Shown: one piece after another, positions 43,039 through 57,509 of the stretch
Layout: every line of letters begins with the position of its first letter
Position numbering within the stretch: the first letter of the stretch is position 1
Assembly (NCBI GenBank): GCA_964016885.1
Contig: OZ024756.1
Coordinates: 23,250,001-23,314,000, forward strand
Reading direction: 5' to 3'
Length of the DNA: 64,000 nt
From: Eledone cirrhosa
Lineage: Eukaryota
Notes under the pieces: generated by a model
What the model saw: only the letters and a program-made list of their open reading frames with translations
What the model was told of the DNA's origin: nothing
Database searches by the model: none
Translations under genes and position numbers: made by a program

Positions 43039-43199
43039 TAAATATATCCTGTTTTATTTTGTGGTTGTTTTAAAGGAGGGTGTGTGGTGAAGGGGGGGGG
43101 GGGGTAAATGTTCACTTTGTTTTTTTTTATTTTTTATGAATTTTTCTTTTTAATCTAATATAAAAGAGGAACCTTACCTTCTCTGGTGGTTGGTAATTA

Positions 43200-43206
43200 T
43201 ACTGCC

Positions 43207-43263
<57 letters not shown>

Positions 43264-43314
43264 TAAGAGATGTATGTATATACTGTATATCTTGGTGTTG
43301 TATATATACTGCCG

Positions 43315-43372
<58 letters not shown>

Positions 43373-43423
43373 TAAGAGATGTATGTATATACTGTATATC
43401 TTGGTGTTGTATATATACTGCCG

Positions 43424-43475
<52 letters not shown>

Positions 43476-43526
43476 TAAGAGATGTATGTATATACTGTAT
43501 ATCTTGGTGTTGTATATATACTGCCG

Positions 43527-43586
<60 letters not shown>

Positions 43587-43665
43587 TAAGAGATGTATGT
43601 ATATACTGTATATCTTGGTGTTGTATATATACTGCCGGTGTGTGTGTATATATATATATATATAT
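43200..43665. repeat. Tandem unit (~60 bp unique plus variable (TA)n) x4
   Basis: ctaagagatgtatgtatatactgtatatcttggtgttgtatatatactgccggtgtg repeated. Confidence 0.9.
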
Positions 43666-43729
43666 GGGTGTGTGTGTCTGTGTGTGTGAATAAACGAAGT
43701 TAATTTTAACCTGTTGACTTACACTTCTT

Positions 43730-43760
<31 letters not shown>

Positions 43761-43832
43761 CTGATGTATGTATGTATTATATACTGTATATATTGGTGTT
43801 GTAGGGTTGAATATACACAGCTATTGTATGTA

Positions 43833-43875
<43 letters not shown>

Positions 43876-44005
43876 GTGTATGAAGTGTGTGTGGTGTTGT
43901 GACCGGCAAGACACTAAATCAGGGTGGTACTCAATGCATGATAAGATACAGTGCAGCCTCAGTTAAAAGGTTGGATCGGTTAACATCTCCGATAGAGAGA
44001 GAGAG

Positions 44006-44094
<89 letters not shown>

Positions 44095-44378
44095 TGTATG
44101 TATTACTGGTGTATATACTAATTTTATATGTATTTTTAATATACACAACGGGTATTGATTGTACTTCTGGTGTGTATTTGTGTCTGTATATTTATATTTA
44201 ATGATACTGTATATACAAATATATATATATATATATATTATATGCATAAACTATATACTGTATATATAGTTTATGCATATAATATATATATGTGTGTGTG
44301 CGTGAGCGTATAATGATGATGTATATAATATATATATACGCAACAGGTGTATATATATACTGACGTTGATTGTAGTTC

Positions 44379-44409
<31 letters not shown>

Positions 44410-44589
44410 CGTACGTTATTCCGGGTTGAATCGGAGGTAACCACAGTAAGTAAGGTACTCAATACATTGCAGAGTATAACAGTTTTAATATAGAAGAGAT
44501 TCTACAGGACTAGAACTGTTTCATTCCTTAGAAATCATCAGGAATCTGGGTATCAAAAAAAAAATATATATATATATACAAATGTTGCT

Positions 44590-45065
44590 GTTGTGTTTCT
44601 TGTTAGTTTTCTGTTGTTTATGTTGGTGTTGGTGGTAATAGTGATGGTGCTACTGTTGTTGTTGCTGTTGTTAATGTTGCTGTTGTTAATGTTGCTGAAG
44701 TTGTTATTGTTGTTGCTGATGTTGTTGTCGGTATTAATGTTGCTATTGTTGATGCTGTTGTTACTGTTGTTGTTGCTGCTGCTGTTATTATTGTTGTTGC
44801 TGCTGCTGTTATTATTGTTGTTGCTGCTATTGCTGCTGTTGTTGTTGCTATTGTTGCTGTTGTCGTCGTCGTCGTCGCTGCTGTTGTTGTTATTGTTGTT
44901 GCTGTTGTTGTTATTGTTGTTGCTATTGTTGTTGTTGCTATTGTTGCTGTTGTCGTCGTTGCTGCTGTTATTATTGTTGTTGCTGTTGTTGTTGCTATTG
45001 TTGTTGTTGTTGCTATTGTTGCTGTTGTCGTCGTTGTTGTTGTTGTTGTTGTTGTCGTCGTTGTT
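44590..45065. repeat. (TGT/TGC)n trinucleotide repeat
   Basis: Degenerate array. Confidence 0.95.
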
Positions 45066-45254
45066 TAACCACAGGTCAATACATGTCGTAACAGTCCTAT
45101 AGTTAAAGTTGTGTTAGCCGTGTATATAACGATTTGCTTTATAAAACAATTTCCTTGTATATACCGGTATTATGTATATATACTGCTTGCTTGTGTATAT
45201 ATAATATGTTATTTAGTTCTGGGTATGGCATGATGTTATATACACAGTTGATAC

Positions 45255-45291
<37 letters not shown>

Positions 45292-45412
45292 TGATGGTGT
45301 ATGTATGTATGTATATACAGTGGCGTTGTGTGTACTGGTATGTATGTATATGCATATATATATATATATTAATCTGGTATCTACTTCAGGTATATACATA
45401 TATATAAATATA

Positions 45413-45560
45413 TAGGGAAATTCCGTTATAACGAAAAAATTCGTTGTAACGAAAAATTCTTCATAACGAGATCGCCCTAACACATCTAGCGTGTGGCCAG
45501 GAATTGAAAAAAAAAAATTCGTTATACTGAAAAGTTCGTTAAAACGGAATTTTAACTATA
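45413..45560. mobile_element. Short Tigger/pogo-like MITE
   Basis: Imperfect TIRs tagggaaattccgttataacgaa / ttcgttaaaacggaattttaacta, with TA flanks. Confidence 0.6.
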
Positions 45561-45562
45561 TA

Positions 45563-45607
<45 letters not shown>

Positions 45608-45721
45608 CTGTTATCAGGTTCCGTTGCTATTGTATATTCCAATGGTGTATATAGTTTTCCTATATATGCCGCAGTTCTATAAACTCGTAGTATATATGCT
45701 GCAGTTATATACACACTCGTA

Positions 45722-45770
<49 letters not shown>

Positions 45771-46728
45771 TAAACAAATAATGAACAAACAATTCCTTAT
45801 ATTAAACAAAAAAAGTTCACTATTTAACGATCGTTTCTAGGGTATATATGTGCTATAATTGGTATGCATATTTAACAGATCTATGTACAAAATTATACAA
45901 AATTATACAAATTATCAAGATTAAATATACATACCTAACTCATATATACGCCGTCTTCAGAAATAATGAAGTATATTTATTGATAATAACAACAATTCAA
46001 AATATCAGTTCAAAATTGACCAATGAAAACACAAAGGGTTAAAAAGCAGTTTGGTGTGTGTATATACATGTAAAACCCTACACACATTTTACAATAATGT
46101 GTGTATAATATGTATGTGCATACTAAAAAGATGGATGCAAATAAAAAATTTCAAGGTTAATATCTCTGTAAGCTTAATGCGCTGATAAGATACGCAATGA
46201 TACTTATGTAGTCAAGCATATAAATATATTTTTTTCATACTCACACATATCAGTATAATCACACATACATGTGCGTATATATATAAATATACACATAACC
46301 ACGAACACACAAACACACACACACCCCCCACTCACATTTATATATGTGGATATAAAATCATAAGCAAATAGAAATTAAGTCACTCACATAAACACACTGG
46401 TACACACATTTCAAGATCAAGATACAGAAATTAGGTGGGAGGGGGGGGGGGAGGGGTCAGTATTAGGTTGTCAGACCAGACAGCCTAATATAAATGTATC
46501 TATAAATTATGAAAAATAAAAAAATAAAAACAATAATATAATATAATGTACATACGCATACAGATATACATACACATACATACATGTACGCGCACATAGA
46601 GATATCTACACATACATACATACACATACCTATACTGTCATACACACACATACATTTACACGAACATACACATACACATATAAAAAGATAAAAATACGGA
46701 CACACACACGCGCAACACATACACACAT

Positions 46729-46777
<49 letters not shown>

Positions 46778-46888
46778 TATACACACACACACATAGACTC
46801 ATATATATATACATACACATACATATACTTATACATAAACATATATATCCCACACTCATACCACCATGAAAACACATACAAACATCCA

Positions 46889-46939
<51 letters not shown>

Positions 46940-47156
46940 ATACACACACGTACACATATATGCATATATACATACATATATACACACATACACATATATA
47001 TATATACACACACACATAAAATACAGACATGCACATATATATATATATATATATATATATACATTTCATTACCCTTATATATACACATAGTATATATACA
47101 TACACAACCTCGCTTATACACATATACACATAAGTTATATTACAATAATAATAAAG

Positions 47157-47193
<37 letters not shown>

Positions 47194-47332
47194 TATACAC
47201 ACATATACACATATACATACATACACATACATATACATACATACATACACATACATACATACACCTAAATATAAACATATATAAATACACACATACGAAT
47301 AAAGACATATATACACACATAGACACCTATAT

Positions 47333-47376
<44 letters not shown>

Positions 47377-48943
47377 ATATACACACACATACACATACAT
47401 ACACATATATATATATATACACACGCACACACATACAGACACACATACACACTCACATATATATATATATATATATATATATGTGTATGTGAGTGTGCGC
47501 AAATACATACATATATATACACACACACATACAAACACACACAAACACATACATATGCATACATGCACACACACACACATATATCACATAGATACGAAGA
47601 TAAACATATAAATAGAGAGACATACAAATATATACAGAACCCATATACACATACATGCAAACACGCATATACATAAATACATATATACACACATATATAT
47701 TCCTATATACAAGCATACACATACACACACATATATACATATACCTACACATATATATACCACACATTCACATACACGTACATATATAATACATATATAT
47801 ACATACATATACATACATATGTATGTACAATCATATATACACACTCAATCTTACATTCATATTTACATGCTCATATATGTATTTTTATATCTAGAAATAA
47901 ATACCAAAAAAACTATATAGACACCCATCTACCCATATATTCATACATATACACTTACAAAAACAGATGATAATAGTATGGGGGAAAGGGGGGGGGTTTG
48001 GAGAAGGGGATCAAAGTAAATATATGTTTCAAGAAACTTATAATATTTTCCATATCTTAATTCAATGTATGTTCTTACATATTTTCAATGCTAGGAAATA
48101 CGAAATCTATGCATCACAAAATAAAAAAGTATACCATTAATCATATGTCAACTAAACCAAAGATAGTCAACATATTGATTTCCAAGGTGTAAATTAGTTA
48201 GGTTTATAATATTTGAAGCAGAATTATGAAGTCAAACAGTAGTAGATTATTAATTACATTATAACTAAATTAAAGTTAATAATAGGGAAAAGAAACCCAA
48301 ATAAAAATAAAATAAAGTATTACATCGGTAGTAGCATATAAATTATATGTTAACTAAGTTAAAAATTATATATTTATTTCAATAGTATATGTTAATTAGT
48401 ATATGTTAATTAGGTATACAATACATAAAGCAGATATTGTATTTCATCAATAGCATAATATAATTATATGCAAATAAAAATCAAAATTAATACGCATACA
48501 CATACATATACATACACATACACATACATATACATATACATACACATATATATATATATATATACATATATATACACACATACATACATATATAGTCACA
48601 TAAATATACATACAGATACACATACAATACACACATATACATATACATATAGATATACATATCTTTTTCAAAAAATTTGCACAGAATATATTAACTAGGT
48701 ATATATCCAAAAACACCTCCCATTCTATGATTACATGAAATTCTGCAATTCGTCTGTACAAGGATACTAATTTTAAGCAAATTAAAATTAAAATTAAAGT
48801 TTTAGGTTGATTAAAGCTAAAACCAAATAATAAATATATTTCCAAAATGTATATTAATTAGGTCAATAATACTAAAAATTCTTTCTCCGTCATAGGATAC
48901 ATGATATTATTTTGTTATATTTTATCTGTAAAAGAATTATAAT

Positions 48944-48974
<31 letters not shown>

Positions 48975-49195
48975 TAATAAAAGGTTAAACTAAATTAAAA
49001 AATTATAATAAAAGGTTAAAATAAGTTAAAATTAATCTATAAATTAAATTACTGAATATATATTATTAGTAATATTTAAAGGTTTTTCAAAATTAATGAT
49101 TACATAATATTTTCTCATCTGTAATAAAATATTAATTAAATTAAATTTATAGGTTAACTAACATTTAAATTAAATTAAATTCTAGAATAATGTTA

Positions 49196-49424
49196 TTAAT
49201 TAGGTTTATAATATTTAAATGTTTTTTTTAGTTTATGATTACACGATATAATTAATTCCTGTCTTTTATTTAATAAGATATCCCTAGACTTCATTATTTC
49301 AAATAGTTCTTGGGAACATAATCTACATTCCTTTCTATTATTTTGATAAGGGGTGGCTCTTTTGAGCACACTCCAGGTCAAATCATATTTTATATTTTTA
49401 TTTTTATAACTATTGATTTTTTCT
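49196..49424 (-). pseudogene. Penelope-like GIY-YIG endonuclease C-terminal fragment
   Basis: W-S-V-L...PY...C-x-L-C-x-x-E...I...LLNKR-x-EL...C-x-H pattern typical of PLE endonuclease C-termini. Truncated at the inversion junction. Confidence 0.8.
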
Positions 49425-49940
49425 GCTGTCTGGTCTGACAACCTAATACTGACCCCTCCCCCCCCCTCCCACCTAATTTCTGTATCTTGATCTTGAAATG
49501 TGTGTACCAGTGTGTTTATGTGAGTGACTTAATTTCTATTTGCTTATGATTTTATATCCACATATATAAATGTGAGTGGGGGGTGTGTGTGTGTTTGTGT
49601 GTTCGTGGTTATGTGTATATTTATATATATACGCACATGTATGTGTGATTATACTGATATGTGTGAGTATGAAAAAAATATATTTATATGCTTGACTACA
49701 TAAGTATCATTGCGTATCTTATCAGCGCATTAAGCTTACAGAGATATTAACCTTGAAATTTTTTATTTGCATCCATCTTTTTAGTATGCACATACATATT
49801 ATACACACATTATTGTAAAATGTGTGTAGGGTTTTACATGTATATACACACACCAAACTGCTTTTTAACCCTTTGTGTTTTCATTGGTCAATTTTGAACT
49901 GATATTTTGAATTGTTGTTATTATCAATAAATATACTTCA

Positions 49941-50087
49941 TTATTTCTGAAGACGGCGTATATATGAGTTAGGTATGTATATTTAATCTTGATAATTTGT
50001 ATAATTTTGTATAATTTTGTACATAGATCTGTTAAATATGCATACCAATTATAGCACATATATACCCTAGAAACGATCGTTAAATAG
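49941..50087 (+). ncRNA. Hammerhead ribozyme with a ~115-nt stem II insertion
   Basis: tattt-CTGAAGA (49947), gtatatatg/catatatac stem, GAAACGATCGTT (50070), aaata closing stem I. Mirror at ~45820-45966. Confidence 0.65.
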
Positions 50088-50449
50088 TGAACTTTTTTTG
50101 TTTAATATAAGGAATTGTTTGTTCATTATTTGTTTAATATTTTATCTTGACTCTGTATACCGTTTATCTTTCACCGAAATTGGATTTTCATTACATCTCT
50201 TCTTTCCATGATATCCGGAATACATTGAGTTCTTCATACGGATTGGACACTACCGTAAACTCTTGGTAGATTTATCTATATATATATATATATATATATA
50301 CACTACTGTTGTATAATCAGCTGTTGTATCTTCTACCGGTGTGTGTGTGAGTGAGTGTGTGAGTGAGTGAGTGTGTAAGTGAGTGTGTGAGTGAGTGTGT
50401 GAGTGAGTGTGTGAGTGTGAGTGAGTGTATGTATGAGTGTATGAGTGTG

Positions 50450-50481
<32 letters not shown>

Positions 50482-51162
50482 CTAATTTCTTCCTGTAATC
50501 GCAGTGTTGGTAGTGGTTGTGGTGGTGGTGGTGGTGTAGGTGATGGTGGCGGTGGCGATGGTACTATTGCAGGTGTGGCGTAGTGGTAGCGGCGGCGGTG
50601 GTGGTGTCTGTGGCGGTGGCGGTGGTTAATAGTACAAGTGCAGTGGAGTGGTAGCGGCGCTGGTGTCGGTGATGGTGGCGGTGACGGTGGCGTCGGTGAT
50701 GGTGGCGGCGGTGTCGGTGGTAATAGTACAAGTGTGAGGCCGGGTGATAGTATGTTTAGTAATGTGGTGGTGGCGGCGGCGGCGGCTGTGTCGGTGGTGT
50801 GGGGGAGGCAGCGTCAGTGGTGGTGGTGTTCTCCACATTACCATAATGACACACATCGACAAAGTTTCTTTGAGTTTTAGTTAATCTGTCGTCACACATG
50901 AAAGTTCGTGTGTGTGTATCGCGTGTGTGTGTGTGCGTGTGTGTGTGTGTGTGAGTGTGTGTATGTGAGGATATATATATATATATATGTGAGTGTGTGT
51001 ATGTGAGGATATATATATATATATATGTGTGAGTGTGTGTATGTGAGGATATATATATATATATATGTGTGAGTGTGTGTATGTGAGGATATATATATAT
51101 ATATGTGTGAGTGTGTGTGTGTGCGGATATATATATATATATGTGAGTGTGTGTATGTGAGG

Positions 51163-51194
<32 letters not shown>

Positions 51195-51202
51195 ATGTGA
51201 GG

Positions 51203-51237
<35 letters not shown>

Positions 51238-51283
51238 AGTGTGACGGTATATGTATGTGTGTGAGAGTATATGTGTGTGTGTG

Positions 51284-51326
<43 letters not shown>

Positions 51327-51358
51327 AGAGAGAGAAATACTTTACATGGCACCGTTTA

Positions 51359-51398
<40 letters not shown>

Positions 51399-51704
51399 TA
51401 GAGATGTACGCATTATGTACATATATACGTATACTTGCGTGTGTGTTTGTAACGATGTATATGCATATATATATATATATATATAAATAAACATATATGT
51501 GTGTGTGTGTGTGTGTGTGTGTTGTATATAGTAATACTCAGATATATATTAGAAAGATAGACATATATATAGATAAGCAGTCAAATAAGTAATTTGCATT
51601 CACCTACATTTCATTTCAACAATACTTACATATTCCTTTTCTTTTTTTCTTGTTTTAACATACATTTTGACGTACAGTGTAGATACGCATATATATATAT
51701 ATAT

Positions 51705-51818
<114 letters not shown>

Positions 51819-52166
51819 AAGAGAGAGAGAGATGTGTATATATATATATATATATATATACATTCATACCAAGATTTATATATGTATACATTTATGCGTG
51901 TGTATGTGTATATATATATATATATCTGTGTGTAAATAGAGACATGCATATATGTGTATATGTCTCTGTGTGTGTGTGTGTGTGTGCCTCTCTCTCTATA
52001 TGCATATATATGTGTGTCTATGTAAAAATTAAACAGAAATATATATATGTAGACATATGCATACACACACACATAGATATATATATATATAGACATATGC
52101 ATACACACACACACACACAGATGTATATATATATATAGACATATGCATACACACACACACAGACAT

Positions 52167-52225
<59 letters not shown>

Positions 52226-52754
52226 GGGTAAACAGGAATAACAAAGCTAAATATATAAGTTTAACGCTTGAAATAACAGGAAAAGAGTATTAATATTTTG
52301 GACACTAGTCCCTCATCAGAAGATGAAATAGAAAGATTAAACGTTACATACAGCACAACAAATAACTTTGATGCCCAGTATGTACCGTTTAATCTTTTGT
52401 TTAAGTGTCTCTACTGCTTCATTTACAGTTATGTTCTTACGTGTTTATTTGCGAATTATCTCCTGTGTATTGTTTGATATATACGTATGTCATTCGGTCT
52501 TGAATTTATATTATATATATATGAGGGAAGAAGGGATCAGTGCTGCATATCTAATTACATATTACATATGTTTCACTGTCGATCAGTTCGAGGAACGATC
52601 GATTAATGATCGAATCTGACTCAGATATGTGTTAACATGTAGACTCACGTCGAGTGCTCATATCGGCATACCGCCTACAGACGCAATTAATTTACACCTT
52701 TAATACCAATATATATATATAACATCGTTTAATGCCCATTTGAGGAAACATAAT

Positions 52755-52800
52755 AGTACCACTGATGATGTCACAGATGTGTGACGAAAGAACTTTAATA
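52755..52800 (+). ncRNA. Minimal hammerhead-like motif
   Basis: CTGATGA-tgtcaca-gatg-tgtgac-GAAA. Confidence 0.5.
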
Positions 52801-52991
52801 GACTAAATATATATATATATGTATATCTGTATTTTTAACCGTTGGTCAATCAATTATAAACATTGATTGGCAGATAATTTAACTATGGGGATATAAAAGA
52901 TACAGAAGCGAAACCCAACCCAAACCAAACAGTGAGTGTGTTCTGTTAGTATTTCTGGCAATATTATAACAATATGCCCCTCTCCCAGTAT

Positions 52992-53027
<36 letters not shown>

Positions 53028-53057
53028 GTGGTTACACAACAGTTAGTTCACCATACC

Positions 53058-53095
53058 GAGAACAATTGTTTCACCTTAGCGGATCTTCAGCTCGG
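53058..53095 (-). ncRNA. Minimal hammerhead motif
   Basis: Minus strand: CTGAAGA-tccgctaaggt-GAAAC-AATT-GTT. Confidence 0.5.
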
Positions 53096-54510
53096 GATGT
53101 GCATGGTTATAGGAACAGGAAGGACAACCGTACGAACGCGCATGCGCAGAAACTCGGTCACCTCTAATATATATATGTATATAGTAATAATAATAAATTT
53201 GAAGACTAAATCCAAAGAGGGCTCGATAAGGATAAATATATATATATATCAGTTTCAGAAGATCCCGTTAAGGGTGAAAGCAGCGATTCTTTGCTTAAAC
53301 TTTAATCTGTTATTTTAATAAATTAATATATATATATATATATATATATCAAAATAAGAGTTATATATCCTAAAATAGAGGAGAAAGAACTATGATATAA
53401 TATGTTAGATGCCTTTAGCTGTGCTTAATGCTTAGAGATACGAGATTAAATATTATAGGGGAGTTAATATTTAAGGTGAGTGATGTGCCAAAGATAAGCA
53501 GGGCGAGTATATGCAGAAATGTGCATGTGTGTGTGAGTGTGTGTTTGAGTGTGTGTGTGTCGATCCCGCCATAGTCATTGTGTTCTCTCCCTCTTAATTT
53601 CCATATCTCCATGCTAAGCTTACAGTATACTACGTGTGTCTAAAATGGTTGACTGTGATTTCATATCAAATTTGTATGATAGAATACATTTGTCTTAAAT
53701 ATACTTTCGGCCAAGGCTGGCCTTGGACTTGCACTTGGTGCCACTATCCAAGCTTGGACAATGGATTATAACTGTTGCTAATTTTTGCACAAGGCCAGTA
53801 ATTTGGAGGGCAGTGGGAGAGTCGAATAAATTAACCCCAGTACATTACTGGTATTTTCAGTAAGGATGAAAGGCAAAACCAACCCTTCAGGCGGATTTGA
53901 ATTCTGAACGTAAAGGGACGTAACTCTATGCTGCAAATCATTATCCGACGCTTTATCGATTATTACCAATCCAACGCAATGGTTTATAATAAAATACGTG
54001 TTTCTTAAGTTATCCTTCGTTCGAGGCTAACCTTGGACTTGCACACGGTGGCACACTCCAAGAAGCAAGCCTGGCAATGGTCTTTGTTGAAGACGAGCAG
54101 TCAGCGTTGCATGCAGGTCACAGGTCACACATTCTCAAGTCACAGACGTTGTCCAGGAGAAAAGCAAATACTGATACAGCTTGTCGCAAGTGATGTCATC
54201 GTATGTGTGTGTGTGTGTGTACCTATATGTTTTTGTATATGTTTGTGTATATATATAGACACACACACACACACGCACATATATACACTTACACATATAT
54301 ATACACACACACATATATACACATATATACATACACACATATGTATACACACACACATATATATATACACATATACACACATATATATATACACACATAT
54401 ACACACATATATATATACACACATATACACACATATATATATATACACACACATACACACATATATATATATACACACACATATATACACATATATATAT
54501 ACACACACAC

Positions 54511-54553
<43 letters not shown>

Positions 54554-54837
54554 TATACACACACATATATATATATATATACACACACATATACACACAC
54601 ACATATATATATATATACACACACATATACACACACATATATATATATACACACACGTATACACACACATATATATATATACACACACACACACAGCTAC
54701 ATACCTTATTAGAGCATACCTTTCTCTTACTAAACGACATATCAAAATTACATTTACTTATACGCACGCGCGCACACCTACATAAAATTGATATATATAT
54801 ATATATATATGAAAATATGTTTGTGTATTTACCAAGG

Positions 54838-54907
<70 letters not shown>

Positions 54908-55510
54908 TGTTTTGTGTGTGTTTCGCGTGTATCTGTGTGTTGCACATCTTCGGTTAAAGGGAGGAACTTGATGGTAAAAGTCACTGGACATTCCACAGAC
55001 ACGTGTAATTTTAAGGTAATTCCCTCTGCGAGATTCAGCATGACAGTAAGTGACATGGCTGCCCCCTTTGAATTACGGGTACAGTCCATTTGATGGACTT
55101 CCACGTAGTTTCTGTCACCTCAGTTTCCTCCTTTACAAGGATTAGGTCGAGCCAAATGAGCTAAAATGAGACTTGTCCAAGATACCACGCAGCGGAATCG
55201 AACCCAACACCTTCTGGTTAGGAATCAAACTTCTTAACAATTCGGACATGCTGACCCTTTTCAATCCGTCAAGTCAGAAAGACGGTGGCCTGTTTGATGA
55301 AGGAGCCTCGCTTATGGTAGGGTGGTTGTTGCAGCGGGTGTCTCTAGCCGTTTTCTGTGGTAACACCGTTGCCATTTTGTCTGGAATGTAGGGTCTCTCC
55401 CTCACCCTCTCTCTCTCCCTCTCTCTCGTTGCTTAATCCCTTTTTTTCTTCTTTTTCTTCTTCCCTTTAGTAGTGTGTTTTGTTATTAAATACTGCTCAA
55501 TTACTTTTAT

Positions 55511-55700
55511 ATAATTGTTTCTATTTTTGGCACAAGTCCAGCAGTTATCCCAGTGCATTACTGGTACTTTATTTTATCGACCACGTAAGGATGAAAAGCA
55601 AAGTTAACCTCGGCGGGATTTGAATTCAGAATGGAAAGGGCCGTAACACTATGCTGCAAAGCATGGCGTCCGATCCTCTACCGATACTGCCAATCCACCA
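55511..55700 (-). mobile_element. SINE family A
   Basis: Full match. TSD cttttatataat. Diverged copies at 53780-53975 and 55835-55940. Confidence 0.88.
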
Positions 55701-56164
55701 CCTCTTTTATATAATGTCAATAGTTTTTCATGATATTGTCAGATTACGATATTAAACATTAAAAACCAAGAACAAAAACTATTCCATCAATAATAATAAT
55801 AATTTCTTTATTGACTCCATCAATAATAATATCAATGGCTTCTGATTTAGGCACGAGGCCAACAATTTATGGGTGAAGGGGAAAGCCGATTAAATCGACC
55901 CGAGTGCGTGACTGCTACTTTATTTTATCGACCGCGTAAGCATATAGAACTCAGCATACAGTGCTTAACATAAAAAGACACAACCACAGGCACACAACCT
56001 AAACATCTCATACAAAAACGAAAATTGATTTCACGAAATACTATATTAGCAATTCCCGTGAAAAGCGCAATAACCATCAAAAAACTTTTGAAAATGACTT
56101 TTTTAACCAAAATCAAAATTTAATCCCAGAGAGGAAATTGGAACATTATTCACTGAGAGTTCCT

Positions 56165-56210
56165 TAAGCCCTGAAGAAGGGACTTTTAGGTCCCGAAATA
56201 TTGGACAGAA
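56165..56210 (+). ncRNA. Minimal hammerhead motif
   Basis: CTGAAGA-agggac-ttttag-gtccc-GAAATATT. Confidence 0.55.
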
Positions 56211-56365
56211 AAAAGAACAACAACAACAACAAAAAACAAAACAGATTTCCAGGTAACTTACTTGTCGTTCGTACCTTACCGTACACTCCATTTTGCATTG
56301 TTTAGCATTCTATCTCTTTCAACGTTATATATTATATACAATGCTTGAAGCAAACTACAACATTT

Positions 56366-56415
<50 letters not shown>

Positions 56416-57058
56416 CTAGCAGTGGTACCCGGCGTTGTACGGGATAAGGTATTTTGGAACGCGGGTCGCCAACAGACCTAATCGTGGAAAAACTGCATGC
56501 CTGGACAATATGTAAAGAAAATAAACCGAATACTCTGATGGCTGGATAATCTTTAAGATTTTCCTCGGTGAAACAGTAAAAATGCAGGTTTTCACCTAAT
56601 ACCGGCCCTAGGGGATCAAGAAAATGAATTTTTTTTTATGTGCATAATATGCCTTGAAATTTCGGGAAAATCAGCTAGACTTAACGCCTCAAAAAAGCCC
56701 TAAAAAGCTGAAAAACTGAAGTTTTTTACCTAATGCGGGCCCTAAGCCATAAAAAAGTTGGATTTTCTTTGCTCACGATATGAAGAAGAGACTGACTAAT
56801 ATATAGTTACAATTTCAAGTAAATCGGTCTGACGTAACGCCTCAAAAAACCCCTAAAAAGCTTTAAAAACGCAGTTTTTCACCTAATGCGGGCTCTAGGG
56901 GATCAAAAAGTTGAATTTGTATGTGCATAACACTCCCTGAAACATAAGTAATACACATGTAAAGTTTGAAAAAAATCGGTTGGGTACTTCTCGAGTTTTA
57001 GGGATTCAAACTCACAGACACACACACAGACAGACATCCTCAGTTTTATATATATAGA
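56416..57058 (-). mobile_element. Non-autonomous Helitron
   Basis: Minus strand A|TCTATATATATAAAACTGAGG ... cccgtacaacgccggg hairpin, CTAG|T. Three internal ~140-bp subrepeats. Confidence 0.82.
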
Positions 57059-57509
57059 TAACATGATATAATATTTCATTTCGACATATATTATTCTATA
57101 CCTTAAATTAAGATGGATGATGGTAGAGCTGTTTAATCATAGCTGAACTGAGGTCAAATAACAACAACAACAACAAAAATGATACCAACAAACAACAACC
57201 TACAAAACCTACTAATAACATCGCTATCATCACCATTGAGACCACCACCTCCATCAACAACAACACAAGCCCCAATATCACAGATACCACCGTTGCTATC
57301 ACCACCATCACAACAATAACACTAGCGCCAAAGCCACTACTACTAGCAGCAATACCACCGCCGCCAACACCATTACCACCACCACCACCACAACAACATC
57401 AACCGCCAGCAACAACCTCGTCGCAATCATCACCAACAACAATTTCCTGTATAAGATAACACAAGGATGAATAAAAATATAAATCTAGGATATTGAATAT
57501 ACCAAATAA

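Larger units (their letters stand above)
45762..50276 (-). mobile_element. 5'-truncated Penelope-like element with inverted pseudo-LTR (~720-bp inverted repeats), inserted in (TA)n
   Basis: 45762-46484 is the near-perfect reverse complement of 49425-50145. GIY-YIG C-terminus on the minus strand. A hammerhead lies in each arm. ~130-bp tail only on the right arm. Confidence 0.88.

Noticed and set aside
44593-45102. Poly-Leu membrane protein (also poly-Val/Thr/His ORFs at 6341-7357 and 42266-42796)
   Set aside because: Trinucleotide repeats with no splice or domain evidence.
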